This document shows positions 17,615-26,250 of a DNA stretch of 44,731 nucleotides, piece by piece (the first letter of the stretch is position 1; each line of letters opens with the position of its first letter). The translations under genes were made by a program, and so were the position numbers. The stretch is from Aquificaceae bacterium (GTDB lineage: Bacteria > Aquificota > Aquificia > Aquificales > Aquificaceae): NCBI GenBank assembly GCA_037924335.1, contig JAXSMZ010000010.1, positions 1 to 44,731 of the forward strand, given 5' to 3'. The notes beneath the pieces are model-generated. The model did not search any database, had not been told where the DNA came from, and saw only the letters and a list, made by a program, of their open reading frames with translations.

Positions 17615-18589
17615 CTACTTCCTTTTCAAGTACAAATAGTTTCCTTTAGCTTCCAAAAGGATACCTCCCCCTAAGGACGCACTTCCTCCGTACCTTTGGA
17701 TTCTCATAATCTGTTCAACTTTTTTCATGTTTTTTATTCCCAGCCATTCTGAGAGAAGCTTTCTCTGTATAGCTGGGTGTAAGGCTTTGAGTTCTTTTCT
17801 GTCCGCTTTATCTTCCTTTATGCATCTGCCCATTGCTCTCTGCATCTCTTTCTTGAGAAAGTCTTCTTCGTCTCTGAGAAGGCTAACAAGACGAAGCACA
17901 GACTCTTCAAGCCTTGGGTTTATCTTTTTTAGCTCGGGTACGACATTATGCCTTATCCTGTTTCTTGCATACAGAAGGTCGTAGTTAGTGGAGTCTTCAA
18001 CCCAAGACTCATTCCTTGACCTCACAAACTCAACTATATCCTCCCTCGTTGATGTATAGAGCGGTCTTATAAGGTCATTCATCTTTTCGTTAAAGCCAGT
18101 GAGACCTTCCAATCCACTCCCCCTTACAAGCCAAAGGAGAACAGTTTCAAGAAGGTCGTTTAGATGATGGGCAGTGGCTATTAGGTCAAAACCCTCCCTT
18201 TCTTTTATATCCCTTAAGAGCTTGTACCTTACTTCCCTTGCAATGGCTTCTAAGTTTTCTCCTTTTTCCTTTGCTATCTTTTTCACATCCGCTTTTTCCA
18301 CAAAGACTTCTAAACCTTTACTGTCCCCAAACTTTTTGGCAAACTCTTCATCCCTTTTGGATTCATCACCCCTTATGCCATGGTTTATGTGTGCTAGCGC
18401 GATCCTTTTAAGCTTTAAAAAGTCCTTAAGCTCTATCATAGCAAGGGAAAGGGCAACAGAATCTACACCGCCAGAAAAAGCGACCAGAAGAGCTTTCCCT
18501 TCGGGTATAAGATCCTTCTGTCTTTGGAGCGTTATAATTTTTCTAAGTAACGGAGAGCTTTTCCCCAATCCTTTTCTTTGTCTCTTCAT
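17615..18589 (-). CDS. tilS: tRNA(Ile)-lysidine synthase (short form)
   Basis: AFSGGVDS, HINHGIR, TAHHLND, RPL and EDSTN...RNRIRH motifs. The exact start is uncertain because of a 47-nt overlap with the upstream gene. Confidence 0.95.
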   Translation of the reverse strand: MKRQRKGLGKSSPLLRKIITLQRQKDLIPEGKALLVAFSGGVDSVALSLAMIELKDFLKLKRIALAHINHGIRGDESKRDEEFAKKFGDSKGLEVFVEKADVKKIAKEKGENLEAIAREVRYKLLRDIKEREGFDLIATAHHLNDLLETVLLWLVRGSGLEGLTGFNEKMNDLIRPLYTSTREDIVEFVRSRNESWVEDSTNYDLLYARNRIRHNVVPELKKINPRLEESVLRLVSLLRDEEDFLKKEMQRAMGRCIKEDKADRKELKALHPAIQRKLLSEWLGIKNMKKVEQIMRIQRYGGSASLGGGILLEAKGNYLYLKRK

Positions 18590-19151
18590 AAAAGGGTATT
18601 CCTCTCTCTTCCATATAAGATAAAATGCCCCATGCCCTTTCTACCTCACCCTTCTTCTCAAGGATATAAATGTATACGTCAAAGGAGTTTAAAGCTGGAA
18701 TGACTCCCTTGTTCGATCTTCTTAGCTTCTCCTCATACTCTGGAAAGAGATCCACGTCAGCCTTTGAATACCTCTCCATCTTTTCATAATCTTTTTGCTT
18801 TTGAGCTAGTATCACAAGGTCGTTTAGTATCATATGATCTTCCAAAGCTTCTCCATCCATATTTAGAGCTTCTAAGTAAAGCCATTCAGCATCTTCTAAG
18901 GCTTTTTCCAAAAGGGCTGTCTGTGCAAGCATACCCAAAAAGGTCTTCTTCGTATACTGCGTGAGCACGTCTCCTCTCTCTAAATCCTTCGGTTTGTAAG
19001 GAAACTTAAGACTTTTTATACATCTCAAAGAAAAGTAGTACTTTACTGTTTTCTGCTCCTTTGGATGGAGTGCCTTGTACCAATCCCAAAGCCCGAGAGC
19101 CTTCAAGAGCCCACCTTCTTTCCTGAATATTTTTAATACTTTACCCATCAT
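18543..19151 (-). CDS. hypothetical protein, probably helical-repeat (TPR-like)
   Basis: 202-aa ORF coupled to panD (ATGA overlap) and tilS; amphipathic helices such as AEWLYLEAL. Confidence 0.7.
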   Translation of the reverse strand: MMGKVLKIFRKEGGLLKALGLWDWYKALHPKEQKTVKYYFSLRCIKSLKFPYKPKDLERGDVLTQYTKKTFLGMLAQTALLEKALEDAEWLYLEALNMDGEALEDHMILNDLVILAQKQKDYEKMERYSKADVDLFPEYEEKLRRSNKGVIPALNSFDVYIYILEKKGEVERAWGILSYMEERGIPFYEETKKRIGEKLSVT

Positions 19152-19540
19152 AAGCCTTTCACAAGGTGTTCCATTGGCATATCCCTTTTTATCTCCGTTA
19201 TACGGTTATCATCGTCTACATAAACCAAGTAAGGTCTGAAATCTATGAGTTCTCTCTCATCTAAGACTGTATAAGAAGCAACTATTAGAATATCCCCGAC
19301 CTCCCCAAGCCTCGCAGCAGCTCCGTTTAGCTTCACTTCACCAGAACCGGGTCTGGCTGGTATAACGTACGTAGAAAAGCGTGCACCGTTGTTTACGTTG
19401 TAAACCTCTATCCTTTCAAAGGGTATAAGCTTGGCAGCCTCCATGAGCAGAGTGTCCAAGGAAAGGCTACCTTCGTAGTTTACATCCTTTTTCGTTATCC
19501 TTACCCTGTGTACCTTAGACTTTAGCATAAACCTTTGCAT
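19148..19540 (-). CDS. panD: aspartate 1-decarboxylase
   Basis: [12 protein letters not shown] self-cleavage site, NGARFSTY and LNGAAAR. Start at ATG 19540 after GGAGG. Confidence 0.96.
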   Translation of the reverse strand: MQRFMLKSKVHRVRITKKDVNYEGSLSLDTLLMEAAKLIPFERIEVYNVNNGARFSTYVIPARPGSGEVKLNGAAARLGEVGDILIVASYTVLDERELIDFRPYLVYVDDDNRITEIKRDMPMEHLVKGL

Positions 19541-19585
19541 GTTCTCCTCCATACGTTGAGACTTTATAAGATAATGTGAAGATTG

Positions 19586-20254
19586 TTATAAGTCAAGGTT
19601 TACAAGTAATTCTTCAACTTTCTTTACAGGATCATCCGCCTGAAGGATAGCCCTCCCAACCACCACCATGTCCGCACCAAGTTTTACAGCATCAAAAAAG
19701 CCAATTCCCCTTTTGTGGTCTCTATCTTGGTTAAACTTTATGCCTGGGACAACTGCTATAAAGTCTCTTTTTATCTTATCCTTTAAAAGCTTCACCTCGT
19801 ACCCAGAGCAGACTATTCCGTCAAGACCCTCTTCTATGCCCATGCTCGCAAGCTTGAGTACTGTGTCTTGAACAGAGGACATTATGCCTACCTCCTCCAG
19901 AAAGCTCTGGTCAAGGCTTGTAAGCAGCGTAACTCCCAGGAGCTTTGCCCTGCTCTTGACTTTAAGGCTTTCCCTCAGTGCTTCCCTTCCGGAGAGAATG
20001 TGTACGGTAAGGTAATCGGCAGAGAGCTCCTCCGCTGCGGTCACACCATTTCTGACAGTGTTTGGTATATCGTTTAGCTTCAGGTCAAGGAAAAGCTCAA
20101 AGTTTCTTTCCTTTATGAATTCCGTTACACTTCTCCCGTACGGTATGAACAACTTATAACCTACCTTGAAAATGACGGGATATCCCAAGAGGGCTTTCAC
20201 AAGGTCTATGGCATTCCTATAATCTGTGTCTAAGGCAACGCACAGCTTAGCCAT
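19586..20254 (-). CDS. pyrF: orotidine-5'-phosphate decarboxylase
   Basis: VALD, FKVG, FLDLKLNDIPNT, VTLLTS, VPGI and VVGR motifs. Confidence 0.96.
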   Translation of the reverse strand: MAKLCVALDTDYRNAIDLVKALLGYPVIFKVGYKLFIPYGRSVTEFIKERNFELFLDLKLNDIPNTVRNGVTAAEELSADYLTVHILSGREALRESLKVKSRAKLLGVTLLTSLDQSFLEEVGIMSSVQDTVLKLASMGIEEGLDGIVCSGYEVKLLKDKIKRDFIAVVPGIKFNQDRDHKRGIGFFDAVKLGADMVVVGRAILQADDPVKKVEELLVNLDL

Positions 20255-20855
20255 AGACCACCTTCTTGAAGTTTTCCAAAAGCCTTAGCCCAACCTTTTG
20301 ACTCTTTTCTGGATGAAACTGTACAGCAAAGATATTTTCATACTCTACTGAAGATACAAAGTCTATTCCATAGTCCGTTGTTGTGGCTATCACATCCTTC
20401 TTCCTTGGAAGGACATGGTAGGAATGTACAAAGTAGAAGTAATCTCCATCGTTTATGCCATCGAAAAGCTTTGATCCTTTCTTTTTCCATACTTGGTTCC
20501 ATCCTATATGGGGAACTTTGACTTTTTGGGGAAGCAAAACCACATCCCCCTCAAACACACCAAAACCTTTCTCTTCGCCGAACTCATAGCTCCTCTCAAA
20601 CAAAAGCTGAAGGCCAAGGCATATGCCCAAAAAGGGTTTCCCGCTTTCTATGTACCTGACTATGGGAACATAAAGACCGAGTCTTTTAAGGTTCATGACA
20701 GCATCTTTGAAAGCTCCAACCCCAGGCAAAGCTAAAGCTTCAGCCTTGTTCATAAAATCTGGCTGAGAAGTTACCGTCACATTGAAACCTACCTTCTCAA
20801 GGGCCTTTGACACACTTTTTATATTTCCCATACCGTAATCTACCAAAACTAACAT
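20247..20855 (-). CDS. hisH: imidazole glycerol phosphate synthase glutaminase subunit
   Basis: DYGMGN, PGVG, GICLGLQ, PHIGWN, YFVHSY and QFHPEKS motifs. Confidence 0.97.
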   Translation of the reverse strand: MLVLVDYGMGNIKSVSKALEKVGFNVTVTSQPDFMNKAEALALPGVGAFKDAVMNLKRLGLYVPIVRYIESGKPFLGICLGLQLLFERSYEFGEEKGFGVFEGDVVLLPQKVKVPHIGWNQVWKKKGSKLFDGINDGDYFYFVHSYHVLPRKKDVIATTTDYGIDFVSSVEYENIFAVQFHPEKSQKVGLRLLENFKKVVYG

Positions 20856-20858
20856 CCT

Positions 20859-21698
20859 TTACATACCAAGTAAGGCAGAGATCTCACTGAGATTGCCAGT
20901 TATCAGGAGAATACCAAGGATCACAAGAAGCACACCGCCTATAAACTCAACTATGCCAAAAAACTTGCCGAAACCCTTTATAAACCTAAGGAATGCAGAC
21001 AAAAGCGCACCCGCCAGTATGAAAGGAAGGCCAAGCCCCATAGAAAAAGCAAAAAGAAGCATAGCCCCCCTTAACAGAGTTTCCTGCTGGGAAGCATATA
21101 GGAGTATAGAACCCAAAATTGGTCCTATGCAAGGGCTCCAGCCAAAAGCAAATAAAACACCCACAATGAAAGCTCCCAATATAGTAAGATTGCTCTTTGC
21201 CTCCTTCCTGGTTTGCCTGTAAAGCATTTCATGAAATCCAAGAAGGTAAAGGGATATAACCATCAAGAGCATACCAGCCAAGTCGTAAAAGAGTTTCTGT
21301 TTTATAACACCCAAGAGGTATAAGGATGTTAAAAGGGAACCAAAGCTCAAAACCTCTCTTGTGAAGTTTTTTCTAAGGAAAACTCCAGCAAAATGAAGGC
21401 CAAAGAAGACAACAATGGCTCCTCCCACTTTGGCTATTGTTGCCTGATAATCTCTCAGAACTTGGCCTATGGCGCTTGCAGTTGCACCAAGCATGGTAAA
21501 AACAAGGGAGAAACCCAACACAAAGAGGACAGAGGCAGTGACTAACCTCAAACTGAAGCCTTTTCCCTCCTCTTTCATCTCCTGTGCCCCTATGCCTGAT
21601 ATGTAGGACAGATAGCCGGGTATTATTGGGAGCACGCATGGAGAAAGAAAGGCTAACAAACCTCCAGTAAAAGCCAATAGAAAAGAAACATCAAGCAT
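20859..21698 (-). CDS. ccdA: CcdA/DsbD-beta transmembrane electron transporter
   Basis: FLSPCVLP and FGWSPCIGPIL redox Cys motifs; multiple TM helices. Confidence 0.93.
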   Translation of the reverse strand: MLDVSFLLAFTGGLLAFLSPCVLPIIPGYLSYISGIGAQEMKEEGKGFSLRLVTASVLFVLGFSLVFTMLGATASAIGQVLRDYQATIAKVGGAIVVFFGLHFAGVFLRKNFTREVLSFGSLLTSLYLLGVIKQKLFYDLAGMLLMVISLYLLGFHEMLYRQTRKEAKSNLTILGAFIVGVLFAFGWSPCIGPILGSILLYASQQETLLRGAMLLFAFSMGLGLPFILAGALLSAFLRFIKGFGKFFGIVEFIGGVLLVILGILLITGNLSEISALLGM

Positions 21699-21716
21699 TC
21701 TTAACCCTCTATGGTT

Positions 21717-22229
21717 TTAGCACTTGGTACCCAAAAGTTCTTTCAGATCCTCCTTCAAGTTGCTATAAACACCCAAATGCATTTTGTAAATCCTGCCATC
21801 TTTATCAATTAAGTAAGATGTGGGAAGCCCAATTAGCTTTACCTGGTCATTTCCTTCGAGCACAAGGAAATTAGGCTTTAGTTCTTTAAGGTATCTGTCC
21901 CTTGCTTCGGCGTTGGTATCCATGCTCACTGCCAGTATAACAAAGTTCTTGTCTTTACAATCTTCATACACTCTCTTAAAGATTGGCATTTCTTCTCTGC
22001 AAGGAGGACACCAGCTAGCCCAAAAGTTCAGAAGGACTACTTTACCGGTAAAGTCAGAAAGTTGATATACCTTCCCATCCAACCCGGTGAAGGTAAAATT
22101 TGGGAGCGTTTGACCCGAGTCAGACTTAACACTGTATCCAGCTTTATCCTCCTTTTCATGTATGAAGGCAAAGAGCACCAAACCACCTATCAGAGCTAAA
22201 CCTAAGATATAGGCTAATGTCTTTCTCAT
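21717..22229 (-). CDS. membrane-anchored TlpA/ResA-family thiol:disulfide reductase
   Basis: N-terminal TM anchor, LNFWASWCPPCREEMP and GLPTSYLIDKDG. Confidence 0.93.
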   Translation of the reverse strand: MRKTLAYILGLALIGGLVLFAFIHEKEDKAGYSVKSDSGQTLPNFTFTGLDGKVYQLSDFTGKVVLLNFWASWCPPCREEMPIFKRVYEDCKDKNFVILAVSMDTNAEARDRYLKELKPNFLVLEGNDQVKLIGLPTSYLIDKDGRIYKMHLGVYSNLKEDLKELLGTKC

Positions 22230-22237
22230 AGTTAATA

Positions 22238-22265
22238 ATTGTAGACCAGTTTAGAAGATTGTCAA
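22238..22265 (-). promoter_or_regulatory. sigma70 promoter of the tlpA-ccdA run
   Basis: TTGACA (22265-22260), 16 nt, TACAAT (22243-22238). Confidence 0.7.
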
Positions 22266-22340
22266 TTTGGAACATTGTTGATGAGAATCATTGAAAGCAT
22301 AGAAAATTGAAAACTCTTTATTTATGAGGAGGTAAATGGA

Positions 22341-22556
22341 ATGGAAAAAGTTTATCCAAAAGAAGAGCTAAGGTATAAAAACATATACATATACGGCACA
22401 AAGGAAGCACCCGATAGTGTAGAGTTAAAGGAGGACCATATATTGGTTAAGAAAGGTGCAGAGAGTATAGAAATACCTATCAACTCTATGCGTGGTAAAG
22501 CGATACTTGATAGGTTATCCTATGAGGGTGAGCTAGTGCAAGAGATATATCTATAG
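22341..22556 (+). CDS. small hypothetical protein (71 aa)
   Basis: Strong GAGGAGG RBS, typical codon usage, and it fills the intergenic space. Confidence 0.75.
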   Translation: MEKVYPKEELRYKNIYIYGTKEAPDSVELKEDHILVKKGAESIEIPINSMRGKAILDRLSYEGELVQEIYL

Positions 22557-22661
22557 CATCGTATAAGAATATTTCAATATTTATATGTTTTATCAAAGCA
22601 TAAGAAGGTTTTATAGCATTCACTCTGTGCTTAGAGTAAATTTTTTTAACAAAAAGGAGGT

Positions 22662-23153
22662 ATGAAGATGAGAAGAACAGTGCTTAGCCTTTTCGTATTT
22701 GCGGCAAGCTCTTTTTCTGCAGAAGTGTTTATGGGAGATGAGTATGCAAAGGCTTTATGCAATGCTTGGAATAACACCTCAACACTCGTTGATGGGCTTG
22801 GCAAAAGTGAGAGTTGGATAGCTGTTCCAGAGAGAAAGATATTCCTTTACAGGGAAGATTGTGGGAGCAGTAAGATAATAGAACTCATTGTAAAGAACGA
22901 GGGTGGAAAAGCTAAGTGTGTTTACGGCGGTGCTATGAAAGATAAGAGGGGTAAGGATGATTTTCTCATGTACGCTGAAACAAATAGATGGCTTGAGATG
23001 GGTAGGAAGGAGTACGGACCTATGAAGGCCATGATGTTTGGAAGGCTTAAGTTTGAGGGACCAAAGGGCGTAGCTATGAGAAACATGGGTCCTTTTGAGG
23101 CCTTCCTGGATATTATAGATACACCACAGCTTGATGCAAACAGATGTCCATGA
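22662..23153 (+). CDS. secreted SCP2 (sterol-carrier-like) domain protein
   Basis: Signal peptide, C.AWN, YREDC, CVYGG, GPMKAMMFGRLKFEGP and MGPFEAFL; AGGAGG RBS. Confidence 0.8.
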   Translation: MKMRRTVLSLFVFAASSFSAEVFMGDEYAKALCNAWNNTSTLVDGLGKSESWIAVPERKIFLYREDCGSSKIIELIVKNEGGKAKCVYGGAMKDKRGKDDFLMYAETNRWLEMGRKEYGPMKAMMFGRLKFEGPKGVAMRNMGPFEAFLDIIDTPQLDANRCP

Positions 23154-23876
23154 TCAAAGCAGAACCTTTTCCAGGGTTAGCCCTTTTGCCTTTGCGGTGA
23201 AAGGGCAACGCTCCTTTCTAGAAAGGTACATGTTTATATCATCTATGCTTATCTTTCCAAGACTAAAATAAACAAGACATCCCACTATCCTTCTTACCAT
23301 ATGCCTTAGGAAGTTCCTAGCTCTTATGCTTATCTCTATAAGCTCCTCATCTTTGGAAATGTTTATATCCTGTATTTCCACAGTGGTGCTTTTATCCTCA
23401 TCTTCTTTGGCAAAAGCCCAGAAGTCTCTCTTACCCAAGAAAAGCTTACTAGCTTCCTTCATTTTAATGAAGTCAAGCTTATAAGCTATCCTCCAAACAA
23501 AGGGTTCTATGAAAGCATTCCTTGAGTGAGAGTTAAAAACTCTGTAAGTGTAAACTTTACCCTCTACAGAGTACCTTGCATTGAAGTTTTCTTGCTTCCA
23601 TACCTTCTTTATTCCTATATCTTCAGGGAGCATAGAGTTAAGAGCCATCAGAATCCTTTCATCTTCAAAGAGCCTTTGAGATTGAAAGTTTGCTATGTAC
23701 TCTTTTGCATGAACTCCAGCGTCTGTTCTACAGCAACCTATCAACTTTATCTCTTCTCCCAATATTCGTTCCAAGGCTTCCTTTACAGTGCCCTGTACAG
23801 TCCTTAGGTTAGGCTGTATCTGCCAACCATGAAAGTTCGTACCAACGAAGGAAAGAAGGAGAACATAGTTGGGCAT
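23154..23876 (-). CDS. truA: tRNA pseudouridine(38-40) synthase
   Basis: GTNFHGWQIQ, RTDAGVHA, FNARYS and FLRHMVRRIVG motifs. Confidence 0.96.
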   Translation of the reverse strand: MPNYVLLLSFVGTNFHGWQIQPNLRTVQGTVKEALERILGEEIKLIGCCRTDAGVHAKEYIANFQSQRLFEDERILMALNSMLPEDIGIKKVWKQENFNARYSVEGKVYTYRVFNSHSRNAFIEPFVWRIAYKLDFIKMKEASKLFLGKRDFWAFAKEDEDKSTTVEIQDINISKDEELIEISIRARNFLRHMVRRIVGCLVYFSLGKISIDDINMYLSRKERCPFTAKAKGLTLEKVLL

Positions 23877-23895
23877 TTTGTTTTATTATAACTCC

Positions 23896-24825
23896 ATGGA
23901 CATATACATTATGGGTTCAGACCAAAGGATAGTAAGGTGTGCGAGGGTTTCCTTTGCCATAGACGATAAGGTTGATGTGGAAAGGGATAAAAAGCTCATC
24001 AAATATCTCTTTGATAACAGACATGCATCACCTTTTGAACATGTAGTTATTGCCTACAGGGCAAGCAAAGGAGAGTGGTTAAACCTTATAGAAAGCTTGA
24101 ACAATCCAACCTTTCAGGCTTATTACTCTGGGGGTTATCTGTGGCTAAACTTAAGAAATCTCATAAATGCTATAGACAGCATAGGAAGGGAAATAAAGGA
24201 GTTTATCAAAGAAAAGCTTCCAGCTGTTTGGAGCGCTGTAAGTGGAGAACCAACAGGAAACTACTCTATGGACAGAGCTTTTCTCTTTCAAAGCCTAAAA
24301 ACCTCTTCTGGTTGGGTAGGTCTTGTGGATAAGCTGGAGCTTGGTACAGAGATGGACTACTACACTTTTGTAGTTGAATGCCCACTCTTTGTAGCAAGAC
24401 AGTGGTTCAGGCACAGGTTTGGTTCTTACAACGAGGTGAGTAGGAGATATGTGAGCTATGAGCCTAGCTTTTACATACCTGAGTATCTTAGAAGGCAAGC
24501 CAAGAAAAACAGACAGGCTTCTGAAGACGAACCCATAGAGGAGCCTTTTAACTCAACACTTTTGGGGAAGATAAAGAAATATACGCAGGAGCTCAAAGCG
24601 TTGTATACGGAAATGATAGAGAGAAACGTAGCAAAAGAGATAGCGAGAGGTATACTTCCTCAGTTTATGCTTACAAGGTTTTACTGGACTGTTCCAAGGA
24701 TATCCTTAGATAACTTTATAAGGCTTAGAATCCATGAAGGTGCACAGAAGGAGATAAGGGAGTTTGCAAAAGCCATTATTGAGCTAGTAGGCTATCGTGA
24801 AGCAGATAGGATTATCAGGCTCTGA
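23896..24825 (+). CDS. thyX: FAD-dependent thymidylate synthase (long form)
   Basis: ARVSF, HASPFEH, RQWFRHR.GSYNEVSRRY, EIARGILP and AQKEIR. Start placed at ATG 23896 to avoid overlapping the divergent truA. Confidence 0.95.
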   Translation: MDIYIMGSDQRIVRCARVSFAIDDKVDVERDKKLIKYLFDNRHASPFEHVVIAYRASKGEWLNLIESLNNPTFQAYYSGGYLWLNLRNLINAIDSIGREIKEFIKEKLPAVWSAVSGEPTGNYSMDRAFLFQSLKTSSGWVGLVDKLELGTEMDYYTFVVECPLFVARQWFRHRFGSYNEVSRRYVSYEPSFYIPEYLRRQAKKNRQASEDEPIEEPFNSTLLGKIKKYTQELKALYTEMIERNVAKEIARGILPQFMLTRFYWTVPRISLDNFIRLRIHEGAQKEIREFAKAIIELVGYREADRIIRL

Positions 24826-25321
24826 GTCTCTCCAGGATAGTTTTCATCATTCCGAGCATGGAGCTTGGGTCTGTAGCAGTTATTAGGTTTCTATCTTCTT
24901 CTACAGGTTTTCCTGTGTATATGGCACCAGAGTTTTCAATGTCATCCTTTATGGCATAAAAGCCTGTAACTTTTCTTCCCTTCACTACCTTTGCCGAGAC
25001 CAAGACCCATGGTCCATGACACACAGCTGCCACTATTCTTCCGTTTTCCACGTGTCTTCTGACCATATCCAAGACTTCCGGATATCTTCTTAGCTTGTCT
25101 GGAGCGTATCCACCCGGTATAAAGAGGCAATCGAAGTTTTCTCTGAAGACCTCACCTATGGTTTTATCCGGTCTGAAGACCATCCCCTTCTTCCCTTTAT
25201 ACTCCTTGATTTGAGGAGATGCGGAGACCACCTCATACCCCTCTTCTCTAAAACGCATGTATGGGTAAAGAAACTCCACGTCTTCTACGAGCTCCTCAAG
25301 CAGAACGCACACCCTCTTCAT
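24815..25321 (-). CDS. pfpI: PfpI/DJ-1 family type 1 glutamine amidotransferase-like protein
   Basis: EDVE..YP, IPGGYAPDKLR and AAVCHGP motifs. Confidence 0.92.
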   Translation of the reverse strand: MKRVCVLLEELVEDVEFLYPYMRFREEGYEVVSASPQIKEYKGKKGMVFRPDKTIGEVFRENFDCLFIPGGYAPDKLRRYPEVLDMVRRHVENGRIVAAVCHGPWVLVSAKVVKGRKVTGFYAIKDDIENSGAIYTGKPVEEDRNLITATDPSSMLGMMKTILERLRA

Positions 25322-26187
25322 GCATATATGCCCATAGTCCTTGCTAAGTTCTTAAGCCTTTCGATCCTCTTCTCCGTTGATGGATGCGTGGAGAAAAGCT
25401 CCCATATGCCACTTCCAGATAGGGGATTCTCTATGAAAAGGTGTGCAGTCCCCTGATTTACCTCTGCAGGTATCTGGTAAACGTAGTTGTGGATCTTCTC
25501 AAGAGCCCTTGCAAGAGCTAAGGGGTCTTTGCTAATCTTAGCGCCAGTTTCGTCTGCAAGGTACTCCCTGGACCTCGATATGGCCATTTGCACTATGGTG
25601 GCTATTATTGGGGTTATTACTATGAGGATGAGGCTTCCCAACATTCCACCCCAACCACCTCTGTCTTCTTCATCCCTGCCACCACCAAAGATAAGCATCC
25701 ACTGGAACATGTTCACTAAGTAAGATATGGCACCAGCTATGGTTGCTGCCATAGTTGCTACTAAAACGTCTCTGTTTTTTATGTGTCCAAGCTCGTGAGC
25801 CAAAACACCCCTAAGCTCATCCTCGCTTAGAAGGTGTAGTATTCCAGAAGTTACAGCAACGGCTGCATGACCTGGCCCTCTTCCAGTGGCAAAAGCGTTA
25901 GGCTGTTCCATAGGAACCAGATATATGGGTGGCTTTGGGATGCCAGCTTTGTTTGCAAGTTCTTCCACAATCCTATGAAGCCATGGAGACTCTTCATAGC
26001 TTATCTCTTTAGCCCCATACATAGAAAGCACTATTTTGTCAGAAAACCAGTAAGCTAAGAAGTTCATAACACCAGCCAGAATAAGGGCTATGGACATACC
26101 AGTTTTACCGCCAATAAGATGTCCGACAAAAAGGAAAAGCCCTGTTAAAAAGCCCAAGAGCAAAACAGTCCTAAACATGTATCCCAT
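25318..26187 (-). CDS. htpX: membrane zinc metalloprotease HtpX
   Basis: [22 protein letters not shown] and FSTHP motifs. Confidence 0.96.
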   Translation of the reverse strand: MGYMFRTVLLLGFLTGLFLFVGHLIGGKTGMSIALILAGVMNFLAYWFSDKIVLSMYGAKEISYEESPWLHRIVEELANKAGIPKPPIYLVPMEQPNAFATGRGPGHAAVAVTSGILHLLSEDELRGVLAHELGHIKNRDVLVATMAATIAGAISYLVNMFQWMLIFGGGRDEEDRGGWGGMLGSLILIVITPIIATIVQMAISRSREYLADETGAKISKDPLALARALEKIHNYVYQIPAEVNQGTAHLFIENPLSGSGIWELFSTHPSTEKRIERLKNLARTMGIYA

Positions 26188-26250
26188 AGTTTTTCCTCCA
26201 ATAAGACACTTGAAATTATTTTGTTTATCAATATATTTAAAAATAGTAGA

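Noticed and set aside
16359..17639. Long antisense ORFs opposite ftsH, and similar ones opposite rplL, nusG, rpoC and tuf
   Set aside because: They are S/T/F/I-rich shadow frames caused by codon bias of the conserved sense genes, with no RBS or motifs.
14401..20855. Isolated leuC, hisH, pyrF and panD as a novel pathway cluster
   Set aside because: Scattered biosynthetic genes in mixed operons are the known norm in Aquificae, and no shared chemistry is evident.
24043..24360. ThyX insert as a mini-intein
   Set aside because: It lacks an N-terminal Cys/Ser and a C-terminal His-Asn, and it resembles ThyX itself.
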